A DNA stretch of 64,000 nt, from assembly GCF_006345805.1 (NCBI RefSeq), contig NC_043000.1:87730001-87794000 (forward strand), written 5' to 3'. The stretch comes from Octopus sinensis. Its lineage: Eukaryota. The position numbers and the translations under genes are program-made. Each line of letters opens with the position of its first letter. Position 1 is the first letter of the stretch. The notes under the pieces are model-generated. The model ran no database searches, was not told the origin of the DNA, and saw only the letters and a program-made list of their open reading frames with translations. Shown here piece after piece: positions 36,895 to 50,422 of this stretch.

Positions 36895-37719
36895 ACTGCA
36901 TATAAAACACTAAAACATACATTATAAAGAGTCAATGTAGAACCTCTTTAATTGGTCGCTTGATCTGCAAAAAATAACAGTCAAATATTCCTCAAATTAC
37001 ACTATACACTTTTTTGAAAAGAGAGAGGAAATTGTTTTCTATATAAACTTAGATAAACTTTGTCAACAAAAAAGATTGGACAAGGATAGTCATATGTAGA
37101 ATGTCTTTGACTAGATCTGTTTGATCAGTGGTGATCTGGGTTTAGTCAATATCAATAACTTATATAGTAAATGATCTCTTCAAAGACAATATGACAATGA
37201 AACTCATAGGTAACCTGCATGTATGAACAAATTTAGAAGGTATTATTTGTTAATATATTACCATCATGAGATGCTCCCACTTTATAAGCTCAAAGGTGAT
37301 CCCACAACAGAGCTTGGGCAAATGTCTTCAACTATAGCAGCCCCAGGTCAAGTAAAACCTTGTAACTGGATTTGATAGATGAAAACTCAATGAAGCCTTT
37401 GGTGTGCATGTGTGTGTGTGTAATATGTATGTGTGTTTTGTCCTTGTCTTGGCATTATCTAATGGTTGTGAATGAGCATCATTGTCATACAAGCAATGTT
37501 GTTCGTTTTCAGTTTTCCATGGAAATTATGTCTGGCAAAAGGGAAATATTACCTTGCTTCAACATAAATGAGGGTTGATGACAGGAAGGACATCCAGCAG
37601 TAGAGAATCTGCCACAAATATTCCATTTGACCCATGCTAGCATGGAAAAATGAATCTTAGAAATGATGATGAAAGGCAAAAGATATTAACACCAGTGAGA
37701 AAACTGATAAACTTGTTGC

Positions 37720-40700
37720 TTTTAACCAAAAATACATTGTCACCATAAACAGTAGCAATGCCAGTGATATCTTGCAAAGCTTTATCAATAGCATGAAGAG
37801 TGATTGAAGGGGTCATAGAAGCCTCACCCAAGATGATCAAATCCAGGTTTTGTAAATGATTTGCAAGGTCTGAAGTGGTTGGTACATTACAAATGCTGGG
37901 CTCTGTGAGTGGGACAGGAAACTTGAACAAAATATGGACAGTCTTTCCACCTGAGAGTAGTGTAGAGACAATACCTGTCCAAGCACTACTGCACATGTTG
38001 CGTTTGTTCCTTTGCAGATAAGAAATTATGATATTAAACATAAGTTTTACCACAATCTCCTGGTGCATCTACATAGAAACAGGACTGGTTGAGCACCTCA
38101 CCTCTCCTCTTCTTATCTACAGATTCAAGTACATCATTAGCAATCAATTTCTGTTCATCAGTAAGTGTTGCAATACCTGAGTAATCGAGGTCTTCATGAT
38201 GGTCAAGCTGTGGTACTCCAATAAGTTCAGGCAGCCCAATTACTAAACAATTAATGCCATTCTCTATCAGAATTGCATCAATTGAGTGCAGTGCTATGTT
38301 TTCTGCATGTTCTGCATTAAAACCTTGGTGCAAGAAATCTTCAATCATGGATTCCTTGTGAGGGGTCCACATTTGCAGGGTTCATATATGTGCACAGGGC
38401 AGCAAACATAACACGCAACTATAAGGGCATCCGACAGGCAGCAGCTTCTAGCAAAGCATGTTCCAGTGTGTCATCGTCTGAGAGAAGACCATATCTCAGG
38501 CATGCTGCCTTAACTATTGGCAAGGTTTCTCCTTCTACAGTGTGCAAATCCTGGAAGTTCATGGCACCTGAAACATGCAGCAGCAACATTCACAAGTGAA
38601 ATTTTTCTGTCTCTAGGGCTCACTATATACATTCTACTGAGGATATTAGTGTTCCTTTGCCTTGAAGTCCATGTTCTAGTGTGTTCATTAAACACATAAT
38701 ATAGCGGAATGTCAGGGTACAAGTGGTTCCTTGCATCATCATCATGCTCATTTAGTTTGAACCATGCAGTTAGGGTAGTGTCATGGTCCCTCTGTGCCTG
38801 AGCAGCTTCTGAGCATTGCCTCTGTGAAAGTAAACTCTTTGCTGGTCTTCAAGATGTATTGCAAGTCTGTAGACAATGTGAGATGCGTCATGTAGCTTGA
38901 ACTCTAACAGTCTCCTCATAGTTTCTGAAGGAGAAACATATCAGCAAGCAAGATAATTAGTAATTTCATCATGAGCTTGATTCTGCTCATGATCTGCTGC
39001 TGGGTTGTCTCTTCAACAGAAGCATAGTCATGTCCCTTGCACACATATTTGAAGATATATTTAATGCTTTTCATGGATGAACCAATTTCTACATTAATGT
39101 GAGCTCTGTACTTTTTGTCTTCTGTACTCTGGATAGCCAATCAAATTCAGAAGCATTTCATCTCTGTAATTCTTTGGGAATTTCCTTTGACATGAGCCAT
39201 TTTCTATGCAAGGGGAAGAAGTATTATCTGTTCCACAAGGACTATGTATCATGCATTTTTTTTACTAAATCATGCAAGACTGGATCACCATTGGCATCAA
39301 GAATTTCAGCTGTCACGATCCTATCTATGTCATCACTGTTTCTCAGTTTGTCCTCATTTCTTAACACTACAAACATGTGGCAGTGGGGAAGACCTCTCTT
39401 CTGAAACTCAATGACATGGACCACTGGCACCCCAAACATGTGTCTATCCTTTATGTCCTTCATAAGTTCTGCAAGGCATGACTTGTACACTTGGGCAACT
39501 AAATCTGGCCTATTTTCAGGTGTTTCTCAAGGCACTTCGAGTTGCAAGTGTAAGTGATGAACAAGTCTGGCTTAGCATATTTTGAAACAATTGACATTGC
39601 ATCTTGAAAATATTGGTGCATATTCCTTGGACTGTCTGTGAATGAGGAAGGCAGTATCCCTGGCACTTCTGGTTCAATATTCTCATCTGCTCCTGTGTTC
39701 AAATAATCCATCAATTCGTTGTACCTTTCCACTCGCAACTGATTGTCCCTAAGATATTGCAACCTGCAACCTTCAACCTTGACATATGCCTTCACAGTAT
39801 AGTGTTGAAATAATTTTCCAGTTCTGTGAATTACACTAAACCCATCTCTGCATGCAAGATGATAGCTGTAGTATTCTTGCATCGTCAAACAATTACATAC
39901 ATGTGTCTAGCGTTCCTGGACATGTTGCATCTCACAATGCCATCCAAATTCCCCATGGGGAAATAGAATTGGGTAGCTCATAGGTCCAAGTGGCATGATG
40001 TGTAAGATATTTTTTTCAGGAGGAGCATTTCTGGGATACACAATAATGTCTCTATTTTCAGGAGGGGCACCAATTTTCTCCAGCAAACATTGCTGCTATT
40101 TCATTGCTGGTCGGGAAATTGTAGCGCCTAATACTGGATCCTCTCCTGAAATGTAACTTAAATCTTCATATTGGCACATTGTCTCTTCTGGCTCTCTCCT
40201 CTCCTTGTTTAACTGCATGCATGTTCTTGTACAATTCTGCATAAGGATTAATTTGGTGGATAACATCACTTATTTTTCTCATAGTAACAGGGGAACACTC
40301 AGAATTTTGAGGTGTATCCATCCTGTGCTGCAGAGCTTCATTCGCATCAATGATGTATAACTGGCCATATTGTGGTTGATCATTAGCAGGATGCAGGTTT
40401 ATCGTTGTGTGGTAAATGTGGCCCTAAATGCAGAAGCAACACAGACCCCTTCCAGGAAGTGCTGCCAGTTTGACTCCAAATGATGAAAAGGAGAAAGGTA
40501 CAACTGTAATTTCTGATATTTCTATGGAATGAAATGGACTATTGATCGTTTCCCTCAAATAAATATTTTAGTGTTTCCGGATAAAGCTGTAATGCAAGCA
40601 CGTTCACTTTACCACTGTGGCGAGCTGGCAGAATCGTTAGCAAGCGGGCGAAATACTTAGCGGTATTTTGTCCGCTTCTGCGTTCTGAGTTCAAATTCCG

Positions 40701-41290
40701 CCGAGGACGACTTTGCTTTTCATCCTTTCGGGGTCGATAAATTAAGTACCAGTGACGCACTGGGGTCGATGTAATCGACTTAATCCGTTTGTCTGTACTT
40801 GTTTGTCCCCTCTATGTTTAGCCCCTTGTGGGTAGTAATGAAATATATTTTCATTTCTAAACCTAAGTGCACTACAATATTCACATATAATGTTCATTTC
40901 TCCTAGGTTAAATTGTTTAAATTCATTAACAGTAGCTCTGTTCAGCACTGGCCTATATTTTCTCACACACTGTTACTGCATCTGATGCCTCTTTAAATTT
41001 TTTATTTCACCAGCATTCATATTTTGAACTCTTTCTCAATAACTTTCCCTTTGGTTTTGCTGATAAATAACCATGTCATCTTGGTTATGTTCTCTACTCT
41101 TTGCTGAAATAAGTTTCTCTGCTGCTCGTGGTACTGTGTACGCTGTTCCTCATTCATATTTTCTCTTCTTATTTGTTGTCTCCTCCTATCTTGCTGCAGG
41201 TGTTCCTTGCATTGTTCACCCTCAACTGTTGGTGTTGCCTGTCTCTCTCTGTCTCTCACAAACATACACTTTTTCTATCATTACTCCCTC
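37720..41290 (-). pseudogene. Fragmented Helitron Rep/Pif1-helicase gene
   Basis: N-terminal LGEMNIICEYCSA..(CC)HSGKV; PMSYPILFPHGEFGWH; KPDLFITYTCN (Rep motif 1); VIEFQKRGLPHCH (HUH); KYIFKYVCKGHD (motif 3); DAPGDCGKT (Walker A); AWTGIVSTLLSGGKTVH. Many stops and frameshifts; 3'-truncated. Confidence 0.93.
40618..40839 (+). mobile_element. Young SINE family 2 copy inserted into the Helitron N-terminal Cys cluster
   Basis: ggcgagctggcagaatcgttagc...ccccttgtgggtagtaa splits ENIF.CC from HSGKV. Confidence 0.9.
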
Positions 41291-42532
41291 TCTCCCTCCC
41301 ACCTTGACTCTTTCTTTCTCACTACCTCTCTATATATTATATGAAGAGCAAAATGGATGGAAGAACTAAGTAATTAAGGAAGGAGCAAGCAGAATTATAA
41401 TATGATTAATTTCAAATTTTACATAAAATATTGGAAGTGAATGCTACTGCTTATATGATAGTGACTTGCATTACAAGTATAATGTGATATGCAGATACAA
41501 ATATATACACATACACATGTATGTATGTTTAAAGATATATATTTATATGTCTACGACCAGCTTCTTTCAGTTTCCGTCTATCAAATTCACACACAAGGCT
41601 TTGGTTGGTTTGGGGCTCTAGTAGAAGACCCTTGACCAAAGTGTCACACACTGAAACTGAACCAAGACACATGGGTGGGAATCAAGATTCTCAGTCACAC
41701 TGGAAAGCCTGCCCAACTGCCTGTATATATATACACAAATATATATTTGCACACACGTGCACACACACACATATATGAATAAATATAAATATAAATTTAA
41801 TTAAGAGCAACAGAAGTAATATTGCTACCAAAAGGTAATATTTATCTCCCACACTACATCCACTTTAAGCGAATGATATATATATATATATATATATATG
41901 TTTGCCAACTAAATGTGGCAGTCCTATAGAGGATGGTGTTACTGTTATTTTTAGCCCCAGGAAGACATCCCCTCCAGCTGGCCAACAACACACAGTTTGT
42001 GCTCGATTAGTATTTGCAAGGGAGGTCATCGCTCCCATCTCTAGCCTTACTTGATACACACAGACCTGGGTTTCTGGATGGTTATCCCTCTTCAGTGTGT
42101 GTTAATCACTGGCTAGTGATGAATAACTCATTCCACTCACAAAATACTATATCCTTTTTCTAGTGACAAATTGTCACTGATCTTGTAAAGAGAGAGGTAA
42201 GTTATATTAAATCTCTGAGTGAGAGATAAAAAGTAACAGTATGAAATTGTAAAATACATTTGCCAACTAAATGTGGAAAATGTATATATATGTACGTATG
42301 TGTGTATGTATATATATATAGGGTTATGATATATATCTATGATTATTGTTGGTATTCTTTTAAAGACAGATATCTTATTCAAATGTTGATTTCTAGATAG
42401 ATATACATTATAAAACCTTCAACTTGACAGTTTTTACATTAGTGCAAGGAACGGAAAATTTTCCTTTTGGAATAGGTGGAGAGAAAGAAAATAAAAATAA
42501 ATTTGACTTGAAATTTCAATAAGAATGTTTAC

Positions 42533-42655
42533 CTCATTCAAATAACAATCAGTCCAACTGTCACAAAGTGTTTGTGTGGTTTTGTTGATGCTAGCATGAC
42601 CAAGCATATTGAGGCTGTAACACAAACTACCAACAGCCAGGCTGACGCCACACAT
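42533..42655 (-). CDS. FOCAD: Focadhesin exon (MCGVSLAVGSLCYSLNMLGH...WTDCYLNE)
   Basis: ttttcag| acceptor, GAG|gtaaac donor, 123 nt, phase 0-0. Matches SGFALALGNIVHGLSVCGH...W. Confidence 0.9.
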
Positions 42656-42733
42656 CTGAAAATAGACAGATTTAATAATATGTAGTCTTGGTACAAAAAC
42701 TGTTATCAAGTTAAAATCTAAATTAACTCTTAA

Positions 42734-42904
42734 CCCTTTTGATACCAACCCACTTAGGTGCTGTGATATAAACTTATTGTCTTGAAATGTTTTTAATTTA
42801 AATGTTTCATCAGTACTTCAAGTTAGTTTCGAACATAAACTAACTTGAAGTTCTGATGAAAAATCTTTCATTATTTTTTAAATTAAGTTTGATAACCAAA
42901 AGGA
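42734..42904. mobile_element. TTAA-flanked MITE with an internal near-perfect palindrome
   Basis: TTAA|cccttttgatacc...aaccaaaagga|TTAA; hairpin at 42805-42861. Confidence 0.75.
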
Positions 42905-43179
42905 TTAAAGAGTGCAAGTGATCAAACAGTAGATTAAGATAATTTTGAACCTCATTGAATATTCATTGATATTAGCATGCTTGCCACATATTTTTGTGGT
43001 CATGAAGATCGTTCAAAGAGATGTCAAAGGACTAAGGTCAACTTCTTTGTTTGCACAGTGAGGAGGGTAACTTGTTACATAGTGGGTTATACTGATTCAG
43101 GCTGAGAATCATATGACCATATATGTGAAACACATCAACCACTCATCTTCTCCACTCCCACTATTCCTGGGATGGTCAT

Positions 43180-43420
43180 GGGAGTATAGAGTCCTCAGGC
43201 TTCTCCCCCATAGGCTTCTATCAGAAGCAACTACCATTACACTTTCTGGCTGGATTCCCAAGTCCCAAGTGTGATCAACATAGACTAGATATTAATTCAA
43301 ACATTTCATTCTTGGTCTACTCCTAGGTCTTCCACCAGTTGGCTTAGCTTAGAGAGTCCATCAAAAAAGGATCCATCATCTTTCATCAATGTCTATATCA
43401 GCAGAAGACACACACAAAAG
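43180..43420 (-). mobile_element. Rex3/Expander-like RTE 3' relic
   Basis: KPTGGRPRSRPRMK...WSHLGIQPESVMVVASDRSLW. Confidence 0.55.
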
Positions 43421-43601
43421 TAAGAACATCGATAAAATGGTACTTTAGAATAAAAATACTGTGTGGTACCTATTCCACCCAAGTTGTTCCTATGCGCTCT
43501 TGTCCCTCTCAGGGAATCAGTGCTGTTTGGTAATGTTGCAGGAGAGATAGCAAAAATGAAACTGCAGTCCCTAAAAAGTTATAATACCTTCAGTTACTTA
43601 C

Positions 43602-43721
43602 TTGTGGGTGTGCTTCACTAAGGTTCTTCAGATAATCAAAGATACTGTTGATTGTATCAGCATTGATAATATTGGCTGAAAACACAGAACCACTGCAAGT
43701 GGCAACAGCAAAGCAAAGGAC
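43602..43721 (-). CDS. FOCAD: Focadhesin exon (VLCFAVATCSGSVFSANIINADTINSIFDYLKNLSEAHPQ)
   Basis: tttcag| acceptor, |gtaagt donor, 120 nt, phase 0-0. Matches VLAYTLSCVCTSAFSAGII. Confidence 0.9.
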
Positions 43722-44799
43722 CTGAAATACAACAAAAATATATATATAGCAATTCAAGACAAAGGTTCATCACATTATATCTGGTATTTTTTACCTTTTA
43801 TTTATTTTCTATCTACTTTCTCACAAACGCATAAATTGTATAATCATTATCATAATTTATTCATTTTTCTAGTTTGCTATAGCTATCACAGCCAAGGCTA
43901 CATTAAAATAGTACCCTAACACTTTTGATATCCATCCACTTGAAAGCTTCTTATTTAAAATGTTCAAAGGTTAATTAGAACTTCCAATTATATTTTTATG
44001 TAAGAACCTTCTCATTAAGTTATATTTCAAATACAGGCAAAACATTTCAAATTCTCGATTCTTTTCAAAATTAATCACAGCACATTAGCAGTGTATTTTC
44101 ATTAGAAATATCTTCACAAGAGGATTAATAATAGATATCACTAACTTAACTTCAGTTGACTATATTCTGGTAGTACTTAGAAAAGTTTGGATGCTTCACG
44201 GCAACCTTAGTCTTACATTACATCACTTGAAAAACCTAACCTTTCCTTAGTATGTAATCATATGTCTATCTTAACACCTACCCCACTTAGGCACCCCATC
44301 ATTGTAACATACCAGTATAGCTCCATTGCAGACATTATGTACTTTTAAACTTCCTAAATATACTGAACATAAAACTCACAGCTATCACAATCCTGATTTC
44401 AAGCCCTACACCTCTGCACCTATGAAATATTTCTTATAATCTACTTTTCCTACTTTAGAAAGTAACTATTTGTTAGCAATAATGCCAATCATTTCCTAAA
44501 CTCCAAACTTGCTTATAATGTAATCAGAAACACTTCTGCTAATAACAATTAAGTCTCTTAGAAGTTAGAAACTTAATTAATTTAATTAGAACTTTAATTG
44601 ATTAGAACAGTAATTCAATTACTAATACACCTAGACTATTATTTAGTGTTCGTGTTGTTAGGTATATAAATGCCTGCTATCCCTCAAAAATGTCTTTCTG
44701 ATATAAATCCAATTGAGTTCTCAATGCTTACCTATTGTGAGGAAATAGACAATTATTTTTTGCTACATGTTCCAACCTTCACACTCTTTGCTACTAGAG

Positions 44800-45115
44800 G
44801 TTTTCTTCTGCAAGAAGCCACAACTAAGATGTTTTACAGTACTATGTCAGAATGTCTGGCCCTGTTAACTTTGGAAGGTCCTTAATTTTGTGTTGCTTAT
44901 CTTTGTCAATAATATCAATATAGTGAAGTAGTCTTTGGACTCAACAAGGGTGTGGAAGTCTCTTTAACATGATACAACCTGTTGTTCAGTCCAATAGCAA
45001 TTTCCTGCAATCAATACCCTGTTTTAAGCAACAACAGTAGAGATGAGTGGAATGCATCCATAAATCTCTTCTACGATCTTATGTTCATGCCATGAGATGT
45101 TTCCAGCTGTCATAA
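44800..45115 (-). mobile_element. Degenerate RTE/RTEX-like 3' fragment
   Basis: AGNISWHEHK.VEEIYGCIPLISTVVA*NRVLIAGNC resembles C-termini of the type LRFAGHC. Confidence 0.45.
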
Positions 45116-45124
45116 GATCATTAA

Positions 45125-45344
45125 CCCTTTCGTTAATGTATTTCTGTTGAGATGCTCTGTGTTTCTTTCAATTACTTTAAATATAACAAAGAATTTAGTA
45201 AAATAACTTAGTTATCATTTAGCTAGTGTTAGGAACATAAACTGTGACTAAGGTTTGGTGGAAGATTTTAATTCAAAACTTATGAAAGCAAGACATTTGT
45301 ACTCAGAGCCAGAGCCGGTCTCAGCTGGGTTGGTAACGAAAGGG
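45125..45344. mobile_element. piggyBac-type MITE family B
   Basis: TTAA|ccctttcgtta...taacgaaaggg|TTAA, 220 nt. Confidence 0.92.
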
Positions 45345-46396
45345 TTAAACAAAGCCAAGACCCCATCTAAGACATAGATCTCTTCATCTAGCAGAAGCAT
45401 TCAAGACATCGGCAGAATCCATAACATTCTAATCTTGACTATGCTGATGATCTTGTTTTCGTGGCTCAATGACACAAAATTGAGATACACATCAGAGAGC
45501 AATAGTAAGTACCAGGCCCTAATTGAGTCCACGTTGCCTATATTCTCTGTAGTCAGCATCAGAAGCAAGTACAGGTATAAAAAAAAAATTAACAAAAAAA
45601 ACCCAGATTGGGTAGTGTGTGTGGTGGTGGGGCAGCAATATACTCAGACAGCAACACAGTGATAACCAACTGCATATTAAGCTCATTGTTTGACCCTCTA
45701 TTACATAGAAGCATAATACATCTAAAGCAGTGATGCACAACCTGCAGCTCATGAAAGCATTTTGTGTAACCCACAAAACCATTTTGCAATGGCATTCTTA
45801 TTTTAATGAATAACTGAAAATGAACATAGCGAACTGCTTGTTCCACTATCACATACATAATAGTATTCATTTATTAACTTTTATTATTATGTTGTCTCTG
45901 GGAAGAGACATTTTCTTTTTGTGCCTTGTAATGTAACGCACTCACCGGTAAAATTTCCACTTATTTCTTATTTTTATTTTCCTAAAATTTTATTATTATA
46001 TTATTTATTATTATTATATTATTTATTTTATTATTATATTATCGATTATTATTATATCATTTATTTTATTATTATATTATCTATTATTATATTTCCTTAT
46101 ATTATTTTTCTTCAGGTCTTCATCAGTTTTTTCTGTACTACTGTTTTTGTATGTTTCCTGATCAATCCAAATTATACAATATACTTTACAGCTCATCTTC
46201 AGTGACTGAATTCATGATTTGGCCCTTCGGACAAGAAAGGTTGTGCATCCCTGATCTACAGTAATAGCTCTATGAATCCCATTTATTTGCTGGACTGATT
46301 ACCCATATGCTGTAGGTCTGCTGACCTTGGAGTAAACATTAATAACAACAATAAGAGCATTGAATAAAATCACAATAAAATAATAAGCATGCGCAC

Positions 46397-46541
46397 CTGG
46401 AATATATCTGAAGAAGAATCTGTATTTTTCAAAAGAGAAAATAATTTATCGAGTATTTCAGCAAGATGTCGGCGAGATTCTGGTTTTCCATCTTCACACA
46501 AAGAAGTGAGTGCCAGAGTTAACCCAAGAATGCAACCAGAC
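46397..46541 (-). CDS. FOCAD: Focadhesin exon (SGCILGLTLALTSLCEDGKPESRRHL...SSSDIFQ)
   Basis: cttcag| acceptor, CAG|gtgcgc donor, 145 nt, phase 2 to 0. Matches TGCILGVGLVLSLMSHSSQMQSRVHV...SRTFQ. Confidence 0.92.
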
Positions 46542-46666
46542 CTGAAGAGGAAAATATGAGTCACATCATTTGCTATATAAGAATTGTATGCGTGTGTGCA
46601 TGGAACATACAAAAACATTTCATATATGTGTGCATGTGTGTGTGTGTATATATATATATATGTTTA

Positions 46667-47040
46667 CGAGCAAAACGCCCCCCCCCCCGTCCAATGGACG
46701 GTGCTGAGTTGTCAAACATTTAAACCAAATTTTCTCAAAACAACTTGTCCGGCCGTCCCATAGGCCTCACCTTTGAGAAACACTGATTTAACCTAAATTT
46801 GAGACACCAACAAAAGAAGAAATAAAGATAGACTTTTTTTCTATTTCAAAGAAAAACGATTTTATTCACTTTATCGATCGCATTCTCACCTGGAATCGAT
46901 TTTTGTAATTTTTTCAAGACTTATACACACCCTGATGCCGTCGGTATCTACATATCAAATTTGAGCGCAATTGGATGGAGGATGCCCGAGATCCTAAAAG
47001 ACACACACACAGACAGAGAGAATGGATTTTATATAATAGA
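46667..47040 (-). mobile_element. Non-autonomous Helitron-like element, copy 2
   Basis: A|TCTATTATATAAAA start, hairpin ccgtccattggacgg, CTCG|T end; homologous to 17924-18288. Confidence 0.65.
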
Positions 47041-47056
47041 TATACCCATGTATATG

Positions 47057-47094
<38 letters not shown>

Positions 47095-48160
47095 ATCATT
47101 TAACATCCATTGTCCATGTTGGCATGGATTGAATGGTTTGACTGGGCCGGCATGCTGGAAGGCTGCACCAGACTCCAGTCTGATATGCATGGTTTTCTAT
47201 GGTAGGATGCTCTTTGTATCACCAACCACGCCAAGAGTGTAATAGGTGCTTTTATGTGCCACCGCCACAGGTACCATTTGCATGAAAGTGGGGTGCCTTT
47301 ACATGTCACTGGCATGGGTGCCAATTTGAGTGACACTTTTATCTGCCAGAACTGTGATTTTGTTCAGCTTGATAGGTCTTCTTCTCAACCGCGATATAAT
47401 GCCAAAGGTTTTGGTCATTGCCTCTGTGAGGCCTAATGCTTGAAAGGAACCCAGCCACTTTGCCTCTGTGTGAGGCCCAACACTCAAGAGGAACTCAGTC
47501 ACTTTGCCTCCATGAGCCCAACACTCGAAAAGAACTCAGCCACTTTGCCTCCATGAAGCCCAACATTCAAAAGATGTTCTTTACAGGCTACCAGCATGGG
47601 TGCACTTGGCTTGTCAGGTCCTCTCAAGCACAGCACATCACCAAAGGTCTCGGTCACCAGTCATTGCCTCTGTGAGGCTCAAAGTTCTAAGATCATGCTT
47701 CACCACCTCGTCCCATATCTTCCTGGATCTACCTCTACTACAAGTTCCCTCCACAGTTAGAGATCGGCAGTTCTCTACACAGCTGTCCTCATCAAATATT
47801 CACCACATGACCATACCAGTGCAGTTGTTTCTCTTGCACACTATAGCTGATCCTATTATGCCTAACTTTTTTTTCAAGATGCTTACACTCTGTTGAACAT
47901 GCACACTGACATTGCACATTCAGCGAAGCATACTGGCTTCATTTCGTTCAAGCTTATGCATGTCCTCGGCTGTCATAGCCCATGTTTCACTACTATGCAG
48001 CATAGCTGCTCACATAGGAATCAAACAATCTGTCTTTCACTTTGAGAGAGACAATTTGTTGCCAGTAGGGGTAGGTGCTCTCTGACATTTGCCCAGCCTA
48101 ACCTTATTCTTACAGCTATACTCTTGGAGCATCCTCCTCCACTACTACCCATTCTACACA
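47095..48160 (-). mobile_element. Degenerate RTE 3' fragment with tail
   Basis: Homologous to 1850-3000 (ccatgtttcactac, cacctcgtccca, catccattgtccatg). Confidence 0.78.
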
Positions 48161-48659
48161 GCACTTTCCTTGGATAATGGAACTGCAACTGTAACATCCT
48201 ACATATATTTTAATTTTTATTCTCTTATTTCCCTTTATACTTCTTATAATCATCCTTTTCCAAAATAGCTCCTGATATTGAACTCTACTATTTCCCTCCA
48301 GTTAATTCTCTGAAAGGATATCCCTAATATCCCAGAAAAAGCTGTAAGACTACCTGTCTTTTTATAAATATCCTATAAATTCCACCCAATCTTGACTTTA
48401 TTGTCTCACTTTATTTAACACCATCAGGAACATACATTTACCCATGTGCTTCCACAGCCTTACCCTTCGACAGTCACTGAAATACATACGTACATTCGTC
48501 ATCAGAAAAATCATACACTATCTACACCACCAACTGCATGAGCAAATACACAAATTATCTGAAATAATATCTGATATATATACACACACACACACATATA
48601 TATACATACACAGTCACACACACACACACACACATATATATTCAGATGAATATGGTACT

Positions 48660-50095
48660 TAAGTTAGATGCACCAGAATTTTGTACGGTGTTATCCATAT
48701 AAATCCATGGGGTGATTATAATCAAAATAAGCAACAAGAATATCTCCGGTAATTTGGTACGATCATTTCACGCTACATCATTTTATTAAATATTGTAAGT
48801 ATTACAACAGTTTTAAAATGTTGAGCAATCATCAGCCATTTACAGAGGTTTTTCATTAATACATAATTTTCATATTAATTGATAACATTATAGAGAAGGT
48901 AGATATATAGACAAAGATGTCAATTTGAATTTTAAGAACATTAAGGTAGTAGAGCTTATCTTATGACTGAAGAAAATTCTTTAAGTTATTTTGAACTACT
49001 AGAAGGTTGGGAAGTACATTCAGTTGAGAGGAGACAAAAGAGATTTTCTATTTATAGAAATAGGGGTGAATTAAATGTCAGAAGTTATTCATTAAGAAAA
49101 TGGAGAGGGGGTTATAATCCTCTAGAAGCTGTTTATTACTATTTGACAAACAGATTTAGTATCAAGAAAACTAGATCAATGTTAAATGGTCATAATGACC
49201 ACCTAAAAAAGTTAAAGAGAATACAGAGATTCCTTTATACTTATATACATCAGCTTTATATTTAGCTGGTAGGTGTTGATTATTTTGATATGTTGGATTA
49301 AAGGAGAAATTATAAATCTAATAATTATTCATTTTGGAGAAAAATCTATAATTTATTATGAGTAGGCATAATACTTAATGACTGGGGAGAAAAATCTTAT
49401 TAATAAAGTGAATGCATTAGGGGTTGAATATATATTAGAAGAATGGAAGAGGAGTAATCAAAATGAATAATTTTCTTAGGTTTAGTAGAAGGTGATTTAT
49501 TTTTATGAAGAGAAGTAATCAAGAAGGGTAAATTACTCAGATTTAGTGGATAGTGAATTGTTACTAATGAATTAAATTATAGAATCTGTTAGACATAATG
49601 GGTTAATGATATATTAAGAAATGGAAGTGAGGTAATCAAGATGAACAGAGTAGTTTCTTTAGGGACATAGAATTTATACTATATAATATAGGAGATTATC
49701 AAAAAAAAAAAAAGAGAGAGAACTTAATTCTAAATATGCAATGAAGTTTTTTAGTTATCTATGCATGTTGAATTAAAAGCTAGTATGGTATATTTATTCT
49801 TATTTAGTTATAAAGAATTAGAATTTGAAAAATTTAGGAATGGTCACAATATATTATTTAAAATATTTGCATGTACAGGTTGTGCGATGTATGCAAGATA
49901 ATCCTAGTTCAGAACGGTTATTTAACAGATTTGTATTATTCCTATGTTTTAAAATTTCATGTTTTCATAGAACAAAGTTCACAACCATCTCTACTATTTT
50001 TATAAGGCCGTGCTTTTCTTACTATATCCCATTTCAGGTCAAATTCTATATTATTCCTTTTCAGTTCCCAAATTTTACTAGACAATGTTGTGCAA
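48660..50095 (-). mobile_element. Penelope-like element 3' part (end of GIY-YIG endonuclease plus non-coding tail with HHR remnant)
   Basis: TTLSSKIWELKRNNIEFDLKWDIVRKARPY...CELC, frameshift, then LLNNRSELGLSCIH at about 49865-50095; CUGAUGA at 48829-48835 with the GAAA decayed. The left boundary is uncertain. Confidence 0.7.
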
Positions 50096-50114
50096 CCTGC
50101 CTTGTGTTTAAGCC

Positions 50115-50375
50115 TAAAGGAGGAAAAATGGGAGAAAGAGAAACTTTCAAATATCAACCCAACAGAGGGACCAGGTATTCAAATTGACAATACTTTGGTA
50201 GATAAAGCAATTAAGGGTATGAAGACAGGGAAAGCCCCATCCGGAACCACTGCTGTGATGCCTAAGGTATCTGGCAGTGTAGGCCATAGTCTAGTCACAT
50301 GTATAATCAACCAGGTGATACATGAAGGAGCCATACCCAATGACTAGTGTAGCAGCACTATAGTCAACTGCTACA

Positions 50376-50378
<3 letters not shown>
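50115..50378 (+). mobile_element. Internal RTE fragment
   Basis: EKWEKEKLSNINPTEGPGIQID...MKTGKAPSG...NQVIHEGAIPND*CSSTIVNCYK, homologous to 3880-4150. Confidence 0.85.

Positions 50379-50422
<44 letters not shown>

Noticed and set aside
48963-49265. 100-aa plus-strand ORF
   Set aside because: Antisense to the Penelope-associated AT-rich tail; no domain recognised.
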